Below, in pieces: positions 15,355 through 26,676 of a DNA stretch of 64,000 nt; the stretch's first letter is position 1; every line of letters starts with the position of its first letter. The notes beneath the pieces were generated by a model. The model saw only the letters and a program-made list of their open reading frames with translations, was not told the origin of the DNA and did not search any database. The position numbers and the translations under genes were made by a program. Origin of the DNA: Treponemataceae bacterium (lineage in GTDB: Bacteria > Spirochaetota > Spirochaetia > Treponematales > Rectinemataceae); assembly GCA_963677895.2 (NCBI GenBank), contig CAXXGJ010000006.1, positions 160,001-224,000 on the forward strand, given 5' to 3'.

Positions 15355-16989
15355 TTATTTAATCAGATCGATCACGTTTTCGGCGACGAACCATTTGGTG
15401 CCGTTGAAAACCGCCACGCCATCCGAATCCACGGCCTCGCCGTTCAGATAGACGACGCTTTTATTGCGGGGTATGCGCAGTGTCTTGTCGCCCTTGGCGG
15501 CGACGAGCGCGATGTTTTCAGGATCGGTCTTGTCCACCGAAACGGAGGCGCCCATCTTGGAGAACATCGAGACCGCGTCCAGGAAGAGGCGGGAGGTCGT
15601 CGCCTCGAGATCGACGTTCATCGTCGCGGCCATATAGGTGGCTATATCAGTGTTCTTCACCAGGCCGGAGAGTCTTTTGCCGAAAGGATCGTAGCCGTAG
15701 AGGACGACATCCTCGCCGGTATGTCCGTTGGTGGTGAAACCGATCTTCGCGCGGGCGGCGACCATGGGACCGATCGCGTAATTCAAGGAACCGGACTTCG
15801 CGGCGGCAATCGCGGCGACCTCGGCTTCCGTCAGGTCGGAGATTCCCATGTTGGCGGCGACGACTTCCCTTATCGCCTCTTCCTTGGAACGATCGGCCGC
15901 CTTGGCCGCGAGCGTCGCAGCGAGCGCCGCCTCGAGCCCTTCGCCGGTGAGGCTCGCACGCTTGAGCGGATTGATGAAGGTGGTCCAGGAAGTCTTGTCG
16001 TAGCCGGAACTGATCGAGCGATCCCCAATCGAGATGCCCGAATTGCCATGGTCGGTAGCGGCGATGACGACGGTGTTGCCGTCCTGCTTCGCGAAGTCGA
16101 GGGCCACCTTCACCGCGTCGTCGAAGGCGATTATGTCGGTGACGAGAGCGACAGGATCGTTCGCGTGCGCCGCCCAGTCGATCTTGGAGCCTTCCACCAT
16201 GAGGAAGAATCCCTTCTTGTTCATCGAGAGGATTTCAATGGCCTTGGCCGTCATTCTGGCGAGCGAGGGTTCGTTTCCCGAATCCCTGTCGATGTCGTAG
16301 GACATCGCGGTGGAAGTCGTGGTCTTGCCGAAGGTGCCGACGAGCCTGTCGCCTCTGAAGGCGCGCAGGTCCGAGGCGTTGTCCACGTAGCCGTAGCCCC
16401 GCGACGCGAGAATGGCTTTCATGTCCTCTTTATCCTTTCTGGCTTCCGCGTTCAGGTAAGGCGTTCCTCCACCGAGGATGACATTGAGCCCGTTGTACAC
16501 AATCTGTTCGGTCAGGTTGTCGTAATTGGAGCGGGAAGGATCATGGGCGCTGAAATCGGCCGGCGTCGCGTGCATGAACTCGCTCGTGCTGATTATGCCG
16601 GTGGAGCGGCCGCTCAGGCGCGCGGCCTCGAGGATCGTCGCCACCGGGCGCGATTCATCGGCCTCGGGAACCGCGACCCCAGGAAGCAGGTACAGCTTGC
16701 CGATGCTTGCCACGTTTCCCGTCTGGGAAGCCCAGCCCGTGGCGAAGGCCGATCCGGCGGGCGCGGAATCGGCGATGGTCCCATCTGAACTCCATGTGCT
16801 CACGAGACCGCAGGCGATTTCATCCAGCGCCAGCGGGCTTCCTTTATAGAATCTGGCCAGGGTAGTGCCCGCCACGCTCATGCCGTCAGGAATGAGCATT
16901 ATCACGTTCTGGGCGAAGGCCCGCGCTCCCATGCCCAGAATCAGCATCGCCAGGACGACCCCGTTCTTCATGCTTCTTTTCATTTTCAC
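15355..16989 (-). CDS. phoA: Alkaline phosphatase (PhoA family)
   Basis: Signal peptide; NVIMLIPDGMS, ADSAPAGSAFATG, HATPA, GFFLMVEGSKIDWAAHAND, TDH, HTGEDV. Confidence 0.9.
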   Translation of the reverse strand: MKMKRSMKNGVVLAMLILGMGARAFAQNVIMLIPDGMSVAGTTLARFYKGSPLALDEIACGLVSTWSSDGTIADSAPAGSAFATGWASQTGNVASIGKLYLLPGVAVPEADESRPVATILEAARLSGRSTGIISTSEFMHATPADFSAHDPSRSNYDNLTEQIVYNGLNVILGGGTPYLNAEARKDKEDMKAILASRGYGYVDNASDLRAFRGDRLVGTFGKTTTSTAMSYDIDRDSGNEPSLARMTAKAIEILSMNKKGFFLMVEGSKIDWAAHANDPVALVTDIIAFDDAVKVALDFAKQDGNTVVIAATDHGNSGISIGDRSISSGYDKTSWTTFINPLKRASLTGEGLEAALAATLAAKAADRSKEEAIREVVAANMGISDLTEAEVAAIAAAKSGSLNYAIGPMVAARAKIGFTTNGHTGEDVVLYGYDPFGKRLSGLVKNTDIATYMAATMNVDLEATTSRLFLDAVSMFSKMGASVSVDKTDPENIALVAAKGDKTLRIPRNKSVVYLNGEAVDSDGVAVFNGTKWFVAENVIDLIK

Positions 16990-17157
16990 TCCTTATCCCC
17001 GCAGGGGTTGCCTGAGGATAGCTTGTGAATGTTAAGGGCTCTTTTTCTTTCCATGAAAAATTGGTAAAAACAGAGGTTCATGCCGCGTATGTTCGCTTCC
17101 CTACAGACCGAATGTTTGAAGCGATGCCGTACAAGTTCTGGAATCCTGAGAACGCAA

Positions 17158-17197
17158 AGAGAGGCTGTCTACTAAGTTCAAGCAGACAGCCCCTTTT
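17158..17197. terminator. Probable terminator of the lipoprotein gene
   Basis: GGCTGTCT ... AGACAGCC inverted repeat with A/T-rich flanks. Confidence 0.55.
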
Positions 17198-17222
17198 CAT
17201 ATGCCTTGCGCGTGTCTCGGGA

Positions 17223-17567
17223 TTATAGCCTGATGAATTCTCGAACCAGTCCGCCGCCCGAAGGGGTAAGGGTCATAATCGAATTGTCGCTGCTAAATGA
17301 ATAGAAATCGACCTGATTCTCCGAAGATCCAGTCCATGTCATGGTGAGAGTCGTGCTGTCAGAGATCCAGACTCCTGTGGTAGTGGCACCCACGCTCAGA
17401 ATCGTCACGGTTCCAAGGCTGGTACCGTCCGAATTGAAGTCATAATTAGTGGTTATGCCCAGCGTTGTGTTTTCCCATGTCCCGACTATAGGGTTCAGGA
17501 TCGAGGAAAGGTTGCAGCCGGTAACAATGAGCAACGCGACAAGTGCGATCGCAGCGAATTTTTTCAA
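17223..17567 (-). CDS. Small lipoprotein (lipocalin-like/DUF5640-like beta protein)
   Basis: TTG start with AAGGAG RBS; lipobox VTGC; NPIVGTW motif. Confidence 0.65.
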   Translation of the reverse strand: MKKFAAIALVALLIVTGCNLSSILNPIVGTWENTTLGITTNYDFNSDGTSLGTVTILSVGATTTGVWISDSTTLTMTWTGSSENQVDFYSFSSDNSIMTLTPSGGGLVREFIRL

Positions 17568-17617
17568 AATGTACTCCTTAGTCTGAGTACAAGTTACTCG
17601 CGGCGCATCGCATCGTC

Positions 17618-17633
17618 TGTGCGGTACCGCACT
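17618..17633. promoter_or_regulatory. Crp-like box TGTGCG-N4-CGCACT
   Basis: Near-perfect palindrome 50 nt upstream of the lipoprotein start; twin of the site at 18665. Confidence 0.6.
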
Positions 17634-17771
17634 GACTCCCTATCGGCAAAGCCGTATCCCCAGAATATCGCGAAGGGTATAGGATAAAAGATTTTTCCGC
17701 CCCGGATACTGGATTCGAGCAGAGTGGTTCAACCCGCGCCGCGAGTTCTTTTATAGGTGAGTGGATAATTA

Positions 17772-17800
17772 GGGCGCCCGCTGAGAATCAGCGGGCGCCC
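17772..17800 (-). terminator. Hairpin downstream of the Crp-family gene
   Basis: GGGCGCCCGCTGA-GAA-TCAGCGGGCGCCC, 13-bp stem. Confidence 0.6.
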
Positions 17801-17825
17801 CTACATTTGCCGCGATCGGCAAGCA

Positions 17826-18581
17826 TTATATAGCTGTGATATCGGGTAACAGCCGGACGAATTCTTCCTTCACGACTTTATAGCATTCGCAGACGCGCGC
17901 TTCGAGTCCGGGTCGGTCCAGAACGGTGAGGCAGCCACGGCTGTAGCTTATCAGGCCGGCATCCTGCAGTTTTCCCGCGGCTTCGGTAACGCCCTCGCGG
18001 CGCACTCCCAGCATGTCCGCGATCAATTCCTGGGTCATGTTGAGAACATTCCCGGATAGCCGATCCATGCTCAGCAAAAGCCAGCGGCAAAGCTGCTGGT
18101 CGATGCTGTGGTGCCTGTTGCAGATAGCCGTCTGAGCCATCTGCGCCAGCAAGGCCATGATATAGCGCATGAAAAGATGCTGCATCGCCGGATCGCGGTC
18201 AAATTCCCGTTTCAGCAGATCGCCGGGCAGGCGATAGGCGGTTCCTTCACTCTGAACCAGCGCGCGGCTCAGCATGGACGCTCCTCCCATGAACAGGGCC
18301 ACGCCCACGACGCCTTCCCTGCCGACAACGGCGATTTCGGCGGTGGAACCGTTTTCGAGCACGTTCAACAGCGAAACGATAGCGGTGGTGGGGAAATAAA
18401 TGTAATGGGTCTTGCCGCCCGCCTCGCTGATGGTCTCTCCCAGGAAGAGTTGCACGCGTTCAAGATGGGGCAGGAGTCTTTGATACTCAAACTCGGGAAG
18501 CGCCGCGAGCAGGTGGTTCTGGCGAGGGTTGGGGGCGTAGGGAGGGCTCGATAAAATGGCCAAAAAGCTCCTCCTTGCCAT
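17826..18581 (-). CDS. Crp/Fnr-family transcriptional regulator
   Basis: cNMP-binding-like N-terminus (GREGVVG); HTH TQELIADMLGVRREGVTEAAGKLQ. True start may be TTG at 18563. Confidence 0.92.
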   Translation of the reverse strand: MARRSFLAILSSPPYAPNPRQNHLLAALPEFEYQRLLPHLERVQLFLGETISEAGGKTHYIYFPTTAIVSLLNVLENGSTAEIAVVGREGVVGVALFMGGASMLSRALVQSEGTAYRLPGDLLKREFDRDPAMQHLFMRYIMALLAQMAQTAICNRHHSIDQQLCRWLLLSMDRLSGNVLNMTQELIADMLGVRREGVTEAAGKLQDAGLISYSRGCLTVLDRPGLEARVCECYKVVKEEFVRLLPDITAI

Positions 18582-18664
18582 TTATTTCAATTATTAATCA
18601 GTATTTTCGCAAGCCCGGGCAAAGATGTCAATATATAGAAAATCGGGACGTATCGACAGCGCTA

Positions 18665-18680
18665 TGTGCGCTACCGCACA
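18665..18680. promoter_or_regulatory. Crp-like box TGTGCG-CTAC-CGCACA
   Basis: Perfect 6-bp arms between the divergent Crp and kinase genes. Confidence 0.65.
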
Positions 18681-18732
18681 GATGGAAGCTCGTTTCGTCG
18701 ATATTCCTAAACTGGATGAAGGAGGATGCTTC

Positions 18733-20256
18733 TTGAACCAGCTCCTGCGTATTCTCATAATCGACGATTCGGAAGAAGACGCCAGCCTTATGCGGCAGTC
18801 ACTCCAGATCGGTGGCTATGATGCGATTTCCGAAATTGTCGATTCCTCGGAGGATATGCTTGCCGCCTTGAAGCATCAGAATTGGGATGTCATCACCTCG
18901 GACCACGGCATGCCTCATTTCAGCGCTCCGGCGGCGCTTAAGATCGCCACGGAAACATGCCCTCTCGTGCCTTTCATCATCGTATCCGGGGAAATCGACC
19001 TCAATCTCGCCGTCTCCCTCATGAGAAACGGCGCTAAAGACTACATCACAAAAACGGAGCTATCCCGATTGGTTCCGGTTATCGAGCGCGAACTCCACGA
19101 AGTGAAACTGCGCAAGGAAATCCAGAAGATAGAGAGCGCCCTGAAGCGCTCGGAAACCCGTTACCGGCGGCTCTTCGAGACCGCCGAGGACGGGATATTG
19201 ATACTCGACGCGATAACAGGCCAAATCCTCGACGTGAATCCCTTCCTTATCAAGATATTGGGATATTCCAAGGACGATTTTCTGGGAAAGATGCTCTGGA
19301 ATCTCGGTTTCTTTCACGACGAGGCAGAATCGAAAAAAGCTTTTGCCGAACTGCAGGAGAAAGGCTACGTCCGCTACGAGAACCTTCCTCTGGAAACAAG
19401 CAGCGGAAAAAAGATTTCCGTCGAATTCGTCAGCAATACCTATATGGTCAACGATATAAAGGTAGCCCAATGCAACATACGCGACATATCCGAACATCTT
19501 AAAGACGAAAAGGAAATCAACAAACTCAATTCGGAATTGGAGCAGCGCGTTCAGGAACGAACCCAGCAGCTCGAGGCCCTCAACAAGGAACTCGAAGCCT
19601 TCGGCTATTCCGTATCCCACGATCTGCGCGCCCCGTTGCGGCGCATCATGACGTTTACGGCAGCCCTTAAGGAAGACATCAAGACCAAACAATGCGCCGG
19701 AAGCAACGAACTGATTGAAAAAATCAACAGCAACACGCAGAGGATGGACCAGCTCATCGGCGCCTTGCTGGACCTTTCGCATCTAACGCGTCAACCGCTG
19801 AAACACGGTATCGTGGATTTGAGCGGCCTTGCCCACAGCATAGCCAACGAGCTTCTGCAAAGCCAACCCGATCGCAAAGTCGTCTTTACCATCGCCGATG
19901 GAATAAAGGTCAACGGAGATAGCCAATTGCTTCGCAGCGTTATGGAGAATCTATTGGGCAACTCCTGGAAATACACATCCAAGAAGGCCGCCGCCGCTAT
20001 TCAATTCGGCGTCTCGCAGCAATCCTCCGGCGACAACGCCTATTTCATCAAGGATAACGGCGCCGGTTTTGACATGGCCTATGCCAACAAGTTGTTCGGC
20101 GCCTTCCAGCGATTGCACAGCGAAAAGGAATTCCCCGGAATCGGTATCGGGCTGGCGACCGTGCAAAGAATAATCAACAGTCACAAGGGGCAAGTCTGGG
20201 CCGAAAGCGTCATGGGAGAAAGCACCATATTCCACTTTACGCTCGGAAAAGATTAG
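18733..20256 (+). CDS. REC-PAS-HisKA-HATPase hybrid sensor histidine kinase
   Basis: ILIIDDS...DVITSDHGMP receiver, PAS, SVSHDLRAPLR H-box, NLLGNSWKY, DNGAGF, GIGIGL. TTG start at 18733 after GGAGG. Confidence 0.9.
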   Translation: MNQLLRILIIDDSEEDASLMRQSLQIGGYDAISEIVDSSEDMLAALKHQNWDVITSDHGMPHFSAPAALKIATETCPLVPFIIVSGEIDLNLAVSLMRNGAKDYITKTELSRLVPVIERELHEVKLRKEIQKIESALKRSETRYRRLFETAEDGILILDAITGQILDVNPFLIKILGYSKDDFLGKMLWNLGFFHDEAESKKAFAELQEKGYVRYENLPLETSSGKKISVEFVSNTYMVNDIKVAQCNIRDISEHLKDEKEINKLNSELEQRVQERTQQLEALNKELEAFGYSVSHDLRAPLRRIMTFTAALKEDIKTKQCAGSNELIEKINSNTQRMDQLIGALLDLSHLTRQPLKHGIVDLSGLAHSIANELLQSQPDRKVVFTIADGIKVNGDSQLLRSVMENLLGNSWKYTSKKAAAAIQFGVSQQSSGDNAYFIKDNGAGFDMAYANKLFGAFQRLHSEKEFPGIGIGLATVQRIINSHKGQVWAESVMGESTIFHFTLGKD

Positions 20257-20357
20257 AAAACCAGCAGGACGCGGCGTCGGAATTCCATTGCGATCGCTCT
20301 CGAAGATCGATACAATTCCTTGAGATATGCCGTTGACGGCATGCGCAAGGAGTCACG

Positions 20358-21773
20358 ATGATCCAAAGACCGCACAGTATCTTCCTTGCGGGAGAAAAGC
20401 CCCGCCTTGTCGGAATAATCCAAAACCTCGCTCCTGAATTCGACTACATCAGCGTACTGGGGACCGACGACCGCGGCTTATCCTATTACGCGACGCCCGG
20501 AGAAACCCGGACCGCGGAACCGATGTGGGTCCAGCGCGGTTTCGTATTCAGGGCGCAGGACGAGGGCAAGGTCGCCGAATACGCCTGCCCGCTCCTCCCG
20601 GGCAAAACACCGGCCGAAACGGCCGAGATTGTGTCGAAGGAACTCCGAAAACTGCTCGATGGGGAAAATGCCCTGCGTTATCCGCCCATTCCCGACGAAG
20701 CCCTCGTCGAGGAATTCCATGGCTCCATCGATGAAGACCCCTTCGCCGCCGATCCCGAGGCGGTATTGTCCCGCCTTACGGCGATACGGGAAAAACTCAC
20801 CGACGGAAAGATCGTCGTGATGGCCCAGTCCCGCTACGAATTCGTCGATGTATCCAGGATCTTCATTTCCCCTCGCCGCTCCCTTTTCCAGAGTTTCGCC
20901 TGGTCTCAGGCATACCTCTTCGGCGTCGCGCGCAAAGGCCAGAGCTCTAAGATGTCCTATCGCCCCGTTTCGGGCAGAAAGGGTCTGGAAATTCTCCGCG
21001 AGTTGGAAGGCAAACTGCCGGAACTCACCGCTGAGCTTGCCTCCCTCCTCGATGCCGTCAGAATCGAGCCGGGCGAATATGAGGTCATCCTCGATTCCGA
21101 CATGACGGGCACCCTCGCGCACGAAGCCTTCGGTCACGGCGTCGAAACCGATATGTTCTTCAAGGGCAGGGCTAAAGCCGTCGAATACCTCGGCAAGCGC
21201 GTCGGTTCGGATCTCGTGACGATGTACGACGGCGCTGATGGCGTCGATCAGTGCGGCTCCTTCCTCTTCGACGATGAGGGAACCAAGGCCACGAAGACGA
21301 AAATCATCGACAAGGGCATTCTGCTCGGCGGCATCTCGGACGCGCTTTCGGCCCTAGCCCTCGGCATCCCCCTGACCGGAAACGGGCGCCGCGAGGCGTT
21401 TTCCCACAAGGCTTACGCCAGGATGACGAATACGTATTTCGCGCCGGGCTCGTCGAAGCTCCAGGACATGATTTCTTCCGTCAAAAATGGATGGATGCTC
21501 TCCAGGCTCACCTCGGGCATGGAAGATCCCCGCAACTGGGGCATTCAGCTGCTCTGCCTCGTCGGCAGGGAAATCGTGGACGGAAAATTCACCGGAAAGG
21601 TGGCGAGTCCTGTCGTCTGCTCTGGCTATGTCCCCGATGTGCTCCAGGCCATCGACATGGTTTCCGACGATTTCGAGCTCGCCGGTTCGGGGGCATGCGG
21701 CAAGGGACACAAGGAATTGGCGAAGGTTTCTTCCGGCGGCCCCTGCGTCAGGACAAAGATGAGGTTGGGATGA
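20358..21773 (+). CDS. tldD: TldD-family metalloprotease
   Basis: HEAFGHGVETD, FDDEG, TGNGRR, RMTNT, G.CGKG, GGP. Confidence 0.85.
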   Translation: MIQRPHSIFLAGEKPRLVGIIQNLAPEFDYISVLGTDDRGLSYYATPGETRTAEPMWVQRGFVFRAQDEGKVAEYACPLLPGKTPAETAEIVSKELRKLLDGENALRYPPIPDEALVEEFHGSIDEDPFAADPEAVLSRLTAIREKLTDGKIVVMAQSRYEFVDVSRIFISPRRSLFQSFAWSQAYLFGVARKGQSSKMSYRPVSGRKGLEILRELEGKLPELTAELASLLDAVRIEPGEYEVILDSDMTGTLAHEAFGHGVETDMFFKGRAKAVEYLGKRVGSDLVTMYDGADGVDQCGSFLFDDEGTKATKTKIIDKGILLGGISDALSALALGIPLTGNGRREAFSHKAYARMTNTYFAPGSSKLQDMISSVKNGWMLSRLTSGMEDPRNWGIQLLCLVGREIVDGKFTGKVASPVVCSGYVPDVLQAIDMVSDDFELAGSGACGKGHKELAKVSSGGPCVRTKMRLG

Positions 21774-23161
21774 TGAAAGACACAATAATCGCGGCAATAG
21801 GGAAAATAAATTCGGGAAAGGGGCCGAAGGTAGCCGACTGGCGGCTTATCGGCACGGAAATTTCGCGTGGCGAGCGGTATTTCGTCAAGACGGGCACCGA
21901 GCTGGCGAGGACCGTCGAGGAAACGCGGTATTCGCTCACGGTCTATGTGGACGCCGAGGTTTCGGGTAAAAAGGTTCGGGGCGACGCCACCGTCACGATC
22001 CAGCCCAGCCACGGGGAAGCGGAAATCGAGGCGAAAATCCTCCAGGCTGTCTTCGCCGCGTCCAAATCGAAAAATGCCTGGTTCGACCTGCCCGGTCCCT
22101 CCGCGCCCAAGGTTGTCCTCCCCGTTTCGGGCTTCGACAGGCTGGACGGGCAAAACCGGATGAAATCCGTCCGGGACGCCTTGTACGCCCCCGAGGCGGA
22201 AATCGCCGCGGGCGCTGCGGCGGCGGGCGCCGCGGCCGAACCTGACTCCACGGCCGGTCTTCCCCGCATCAACGCCCTCGAGATTTTCCTCTCCCGCGAG
22301 GATAAAACCTTCTCCAACTCCAGAGGCCAGGAATTCCGGACCTCCGCCTGGAAAGGATACTCCGAATTCGTCGTCGAGGCCGATTCCCGAAAGGGTATGG
22401 TCGAGCTTTTCGACGATATAGAATTCTCCGATCCCGATGCCGGACGCCTTGCCGAGGCCACGCGATCCAGGCTCGTCCAGGTAAGGGACAGGGCGATGGC
22501 GATCCCCATGGGCGCACTAAAGGACCTCCCCGTCATTCTCTCGGGCAGGGAAGCGGAAGAAGTCTTCGCCTGGTTCTTCGGAAATTCCACGACGAGCGCC
22601 ATCTTCACCAAGTCTTCGTCCTTCGTTCAGGGGGCCAATGTCCAACAGGCCGAAGGGGGCGGAAAGGTCGAGGATCCCCTCGACCTATGGGCCGAACCTT
22701 TCATCCAGGGACTCCCCGCCTCTTCGGCCTTCGACGCGGACGGATTCCCCCTCGAACGCTGCGCCGTCATCGAAGGCGGCTATCTCAAAACCCTTGTCGG
22801 CGCCATCCGCTACGCCGACTGGCTGGGCGTGGAGCGGAAAGGCTCATTCCCGCTGTTCTCCGTATCGCCGGGTTCCATGAGCATGGCCAAGATGTTCGCG
22901 AAGCCTCACCTGGCGCCCGTCATGTTCTCGGACTTCAGGCTCGACGCGGTCACGGGCGACTTCGGCGCCGAAATCAGGCTCGCTTATTGGTTTGACGGGA
23001 AAAAGCGCGTCCCAGTGACAGGCGGATCGATCTCCGGATCGGTATCCGAACTTCGGTCCGGCATGAGACGTTCCTCGGAATGCGCCCTCGCCTCCCGCTC
23101 TCTCTGCCCCAAGGCATTGCTGCTGAATGGCGTTTCGATTACGGGGGCGGCTTTTTTATAA
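21770..23161 (+). CDS. TldE/PmbA-like partner protein
   Basis: ATGA overlap with tldD; FDADG, TGDFGAEIRLAY, PVTGGSISG; no HEXXH. Confidence 0.75.
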   Translation: MMKDTIIAAIGKINSGKGPKVADWRLIGTEISRGERYFVKTGTELARTVEETRYSLTVYVDAEVSGKKVRGDATVTIQPSHGEAEIEAKILQAVFAASKSKNAWFDLPGPSAPKVVLPVSGFDRLDGQNRMKSVRDALYAPEAEIAAGAAAAGAAAEPDSTAGLPRINALEIFLSREDKTFSNSRGQEFRTSAWKGYSEFVVEADSRKGMVELFDDIEFSDPDAGRLAEATRSRLVQVRDRAMAIPMGALKDLPVILSGREAEEVFAWFFGNSTTSAIFTKSSSFVQGANVQQAEGGGKVEDPLDLWAEPFIQGLPASSAFDADGFPLERCAVIEGGYLKTLVGAIRYADWLGVERKGSFPLFSVSPGSMSMAKMFAKPHLAPVMFSDFRLDAVTGDFGAEIRLAYWFDGKKRVPVTGGSISGSVSELRSGMRRSSECALASRSLCPKALLLNGVSITGAAFL

Positions 23162-23190
23162 AATATGCGCGTTACTGAACATTTTTCGGA

Positions 23191-24378
<1,188 letters not shown>

Positions 24379-24583
24379 AATACCCTCTTTAGCAAGAATT
24401 TTTTACCCGCCCGCAATTTGGAGAACTCGGCGGGACCATCCCGAATCGGAAAACTTCCTTCGAAAAGGCTTTAGCGGGAGTTTATTGTTTCAGGCGCAAA
24501 GAGTCAACATCGGCGGCCCATGCCGGCCACCGGAAAATCGGAAGATATTTCATTGGAGGATCAATCTTTCCGATACTGATACC

Positions 24584-25684
24584 ATGGGCAGGAAACGCTC
24601 CCGCGGCATCGGTTCCGCGTTCACCTTCATCCTCGTCATTCTCTGCGCGGTGCTCTTTCGCCCCGCGCCCGCCGGCGCCGACGCGGGGGAAATCCCTCTG
24701 CCGACGCTTACGCCCTCCCGCACGAGGAATTCCATACTCGCCGCGGCCGAGCGCCATCTCGGCACTCCCTATGTTTATGGAGGAGAAAGCGTACAGGGCG
24801 TCGACTGTTCGGGATTCGTGTTTCTCGTTTTCCGGGAAGCCACCGGTCATTCTATACCGCGCACCGTGATCGAACAGGGCCTTTGGGCGATGATCATTCC
24901 CAAAAGGGAACTCAAGCCCGGCGATCTCGTCTTTTTCAACCTCGGCCCGGATGCCCCGGCGCCTAAATCCAAACTTTTCGCCAAGACCGCGGATGGAACG
25001 AAGGCCCTCGCAAGCGCGGCCGATCACGTGGGCATCTATGCCGGAGACGGGCTTTTCATGCACGCGGCGAGCGCCGGCGCGAAAACCGGCGTCATAAGGA
25101 ACTCTCTTTCCGAACCTTCGTGGGCCAGGCGCTTCCTCTTCGCGGGAAGAATCGTACCCGCGTCGGCGCTCTCCGGAATGGCCCTCGACTGGGGCGTATC
25201 GGCCAGTTTCGACGCCGAAATTCCCGAGGGCACAAGCCTGGAGGATCTCGGCTTCCGCGGCGCGGGCCTGAGGGTCGCCGTCACCTATCCCCTGTTCAAC
25301 AATTTTTCCATCGGTCTTCAGGGCCGCCTCGAATGGGACAGCCTCCTGGATACGGTCCGTCTGCCGCTGGAACTCCTCGTCGGCCAAAATCAGGGCTTCT
25401 CGCTGTTCGCGGGTCCGGCCCTCACCTTGGGATCGCCCTCCCTCCCAGCCTCGGAAACCGGCCCCGCGCGCGATTACGAAGCGGTCGGCGGCTGGCTGGT
25501 CTCGGCGGGCATACGCTGGTCCCCGCAGATGATCCGCTCAGGGGCCTCCAGCGCGGGGCTCTTCGCGGAACTTCGCTTCAACCGCTACCTGCCCCTGCCC
25601 GGCCAGGCCATCGACCAGGCAGCCGACCGCCGCGCGACCATCAGCCTGGGCCTAGGTCTTCGCTTCCGCTCCGTACGGTATTAA
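24584..25684 (+). CDS. NlpC/P60 (C40) peptidase with a C-terminal beta-rich domain
   Basis: Signal/TM segment; GTPYVYGG, DCSGFV, PGDLVFF, HVGIY, HA. Start set at MGRKRS. Confidence 0.82.
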   Translation: MGRKRSRGIGSAFTFILVILCAVLFRPAPAGADAGEIPLPTLTPSRTRNSILAAAERHLGTPYVYGGESVQGVDCSGFVFLVFREATGHSIPRTVIEQGLWAMIIPKRELKPGDLVFFNLGPDAPAPKSKLFAKTADGTKALASAADHVGIYAGDGLFMHAASAGAKTGVIRNSLSEPSWARRFLFAGRIVPASALSGMALDWGVSASFDAEIPEGTSLEDLGFRGAGLRVAVTYPLFNNFSIGLQGRLEWDSLLDTVRLPLELLVGQNQGFSLFAGPALTLGSPSLPASETGPARDYEAVGGWLVSAGIRWSPQMIRSGASSAGLFAELRFNRYLPLPGQAIDQAADRRATISLGLGLRFRSVRY

Positions 25685-25703
25685 AACATTCACGATACTG
25701 AAC

Positions 25704-25749
25704 AAAAAGGGCGGCAATCGGAAGGAAAACCCTTCGATTGCCGCCCTTT
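25704..25749. terminator. Bidirectional terminator
   Basis: AAAGGGCGGCAATCG / CGATTGCCGCCCTTT between convergent genes. Confidence 0.8.
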
Positions 25750-25824
25750 CGCCGATCAGGCGATAGCCCTCGCCCAAGCCAGAATCCGGCCCGGACCAGA
25801 GCCCTGTTTAGGCTAACGTCCCGT

Positions 25825-26664
25825 CTAGACAGCCACCGGGACCTTTTTCTTCTCGCCCATCACGTCCGTCTCGAGAAGCTTGTAGGAGTGAGTCGGGCAC
25901 TTCTGCACGCAGACGCCGCAGGAGGTGCACTTGGAATAATCGGTGACGGGAATGCCGTTCACCATCGCTATGCACTTTTCGGGACAGCTCTTCACGCAGA
26001 TTTCGCATTTGATGCAGCCCGTCTTGCAGGTCTTGATCACGTTCGCCTTCACCACGTTCCTGTTGGAGCAGAGGACGATGGAACCCTTCTTGCCTCTCGG
26101 AATCATGGCGAAAAGCTTCTGGGGGCATTCAGCGGCGCACATGCCGCAGCCCGTGCAGTTGTCGTAGTTCACATGGGGCAGTCCGTCGGCGCCCATCTCG
26201 AGCGCGTCGAACTTGCAGACCGCGACGCAGTCGCCGAATCCCTGGCAGCCCCAGGCGCAGGCTTTCACGCTTCCGGTCGAAAGCTTGGCGGCGCGGCAGG
26301 TCTTGATGCCCATGTACTCGCCCTTCTGGAGCGCGAGATCCTTCGTTCCCTGGCACTGAAGGACGGATACGAGATCCTCGACGACGGCGGAAACGCCCAT
26401 GATCTGGGACACGGCTTCGGCGGTGGAGGCTCCGCCCGCCGAGCATTTATTGGTCGGGGCGCGACCCGTACCGACGGCTTCCGCGTAGCCGTCGCACCCG
26501 GGGAATCCGCAGCCGCCGCAGTTGGCGCCGGGCAGGGCCGCGCGCACCTCGTCGATCTTGGGATCGCGTTCAACCTTGAATTTCTTTTCGAACCAGCCCA
26601 GCAGAATGCCGATTATAAAGGCGAGCAGGGCGGAAAACGCAGCGGTAATCAATATGGTTGTCAT
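25825..26664 (-). CDS. rnfB: Rnf complex subunit B
   Basis: LPGANCGGCGFPGC and multiple CxxCxxCxxxCP motifs. Confidence 0.93.
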   Translation of the reverse strand: MTTILITAAFSALLAFIIGILLGWFEKKFKVERDPKIDEVRAALPGANCGGCGFPGCDGYAEAVGTGRAPTNKCSAGGASTAEAVSQIMGVSAVVEDLVSVLQCQGTKDLALQKGEYMGIKTCRAAKLSTGSVKACAWGCQGFGDCVAVCKFDALEMGADGLPHVNYDNCTGCGMCAAECPQKLFAMIPRGKKGSIVLCSNRNVVKANVIKTCKTGCIKCEICVKSCPEKCIAMVNGIPVTDYSKCTSCGVCVQKCPTHSYKLLETDVMGEKKKVPVAV

Positions 26665-26676
26665 AGCCTACTTCCC

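Noticed and set aside
17690..17750. tRNA-like fragment (GGATTCGA / GGTTCAA)
   Set aside because: No cloverleaf, acceptor stem or CCA could be built.
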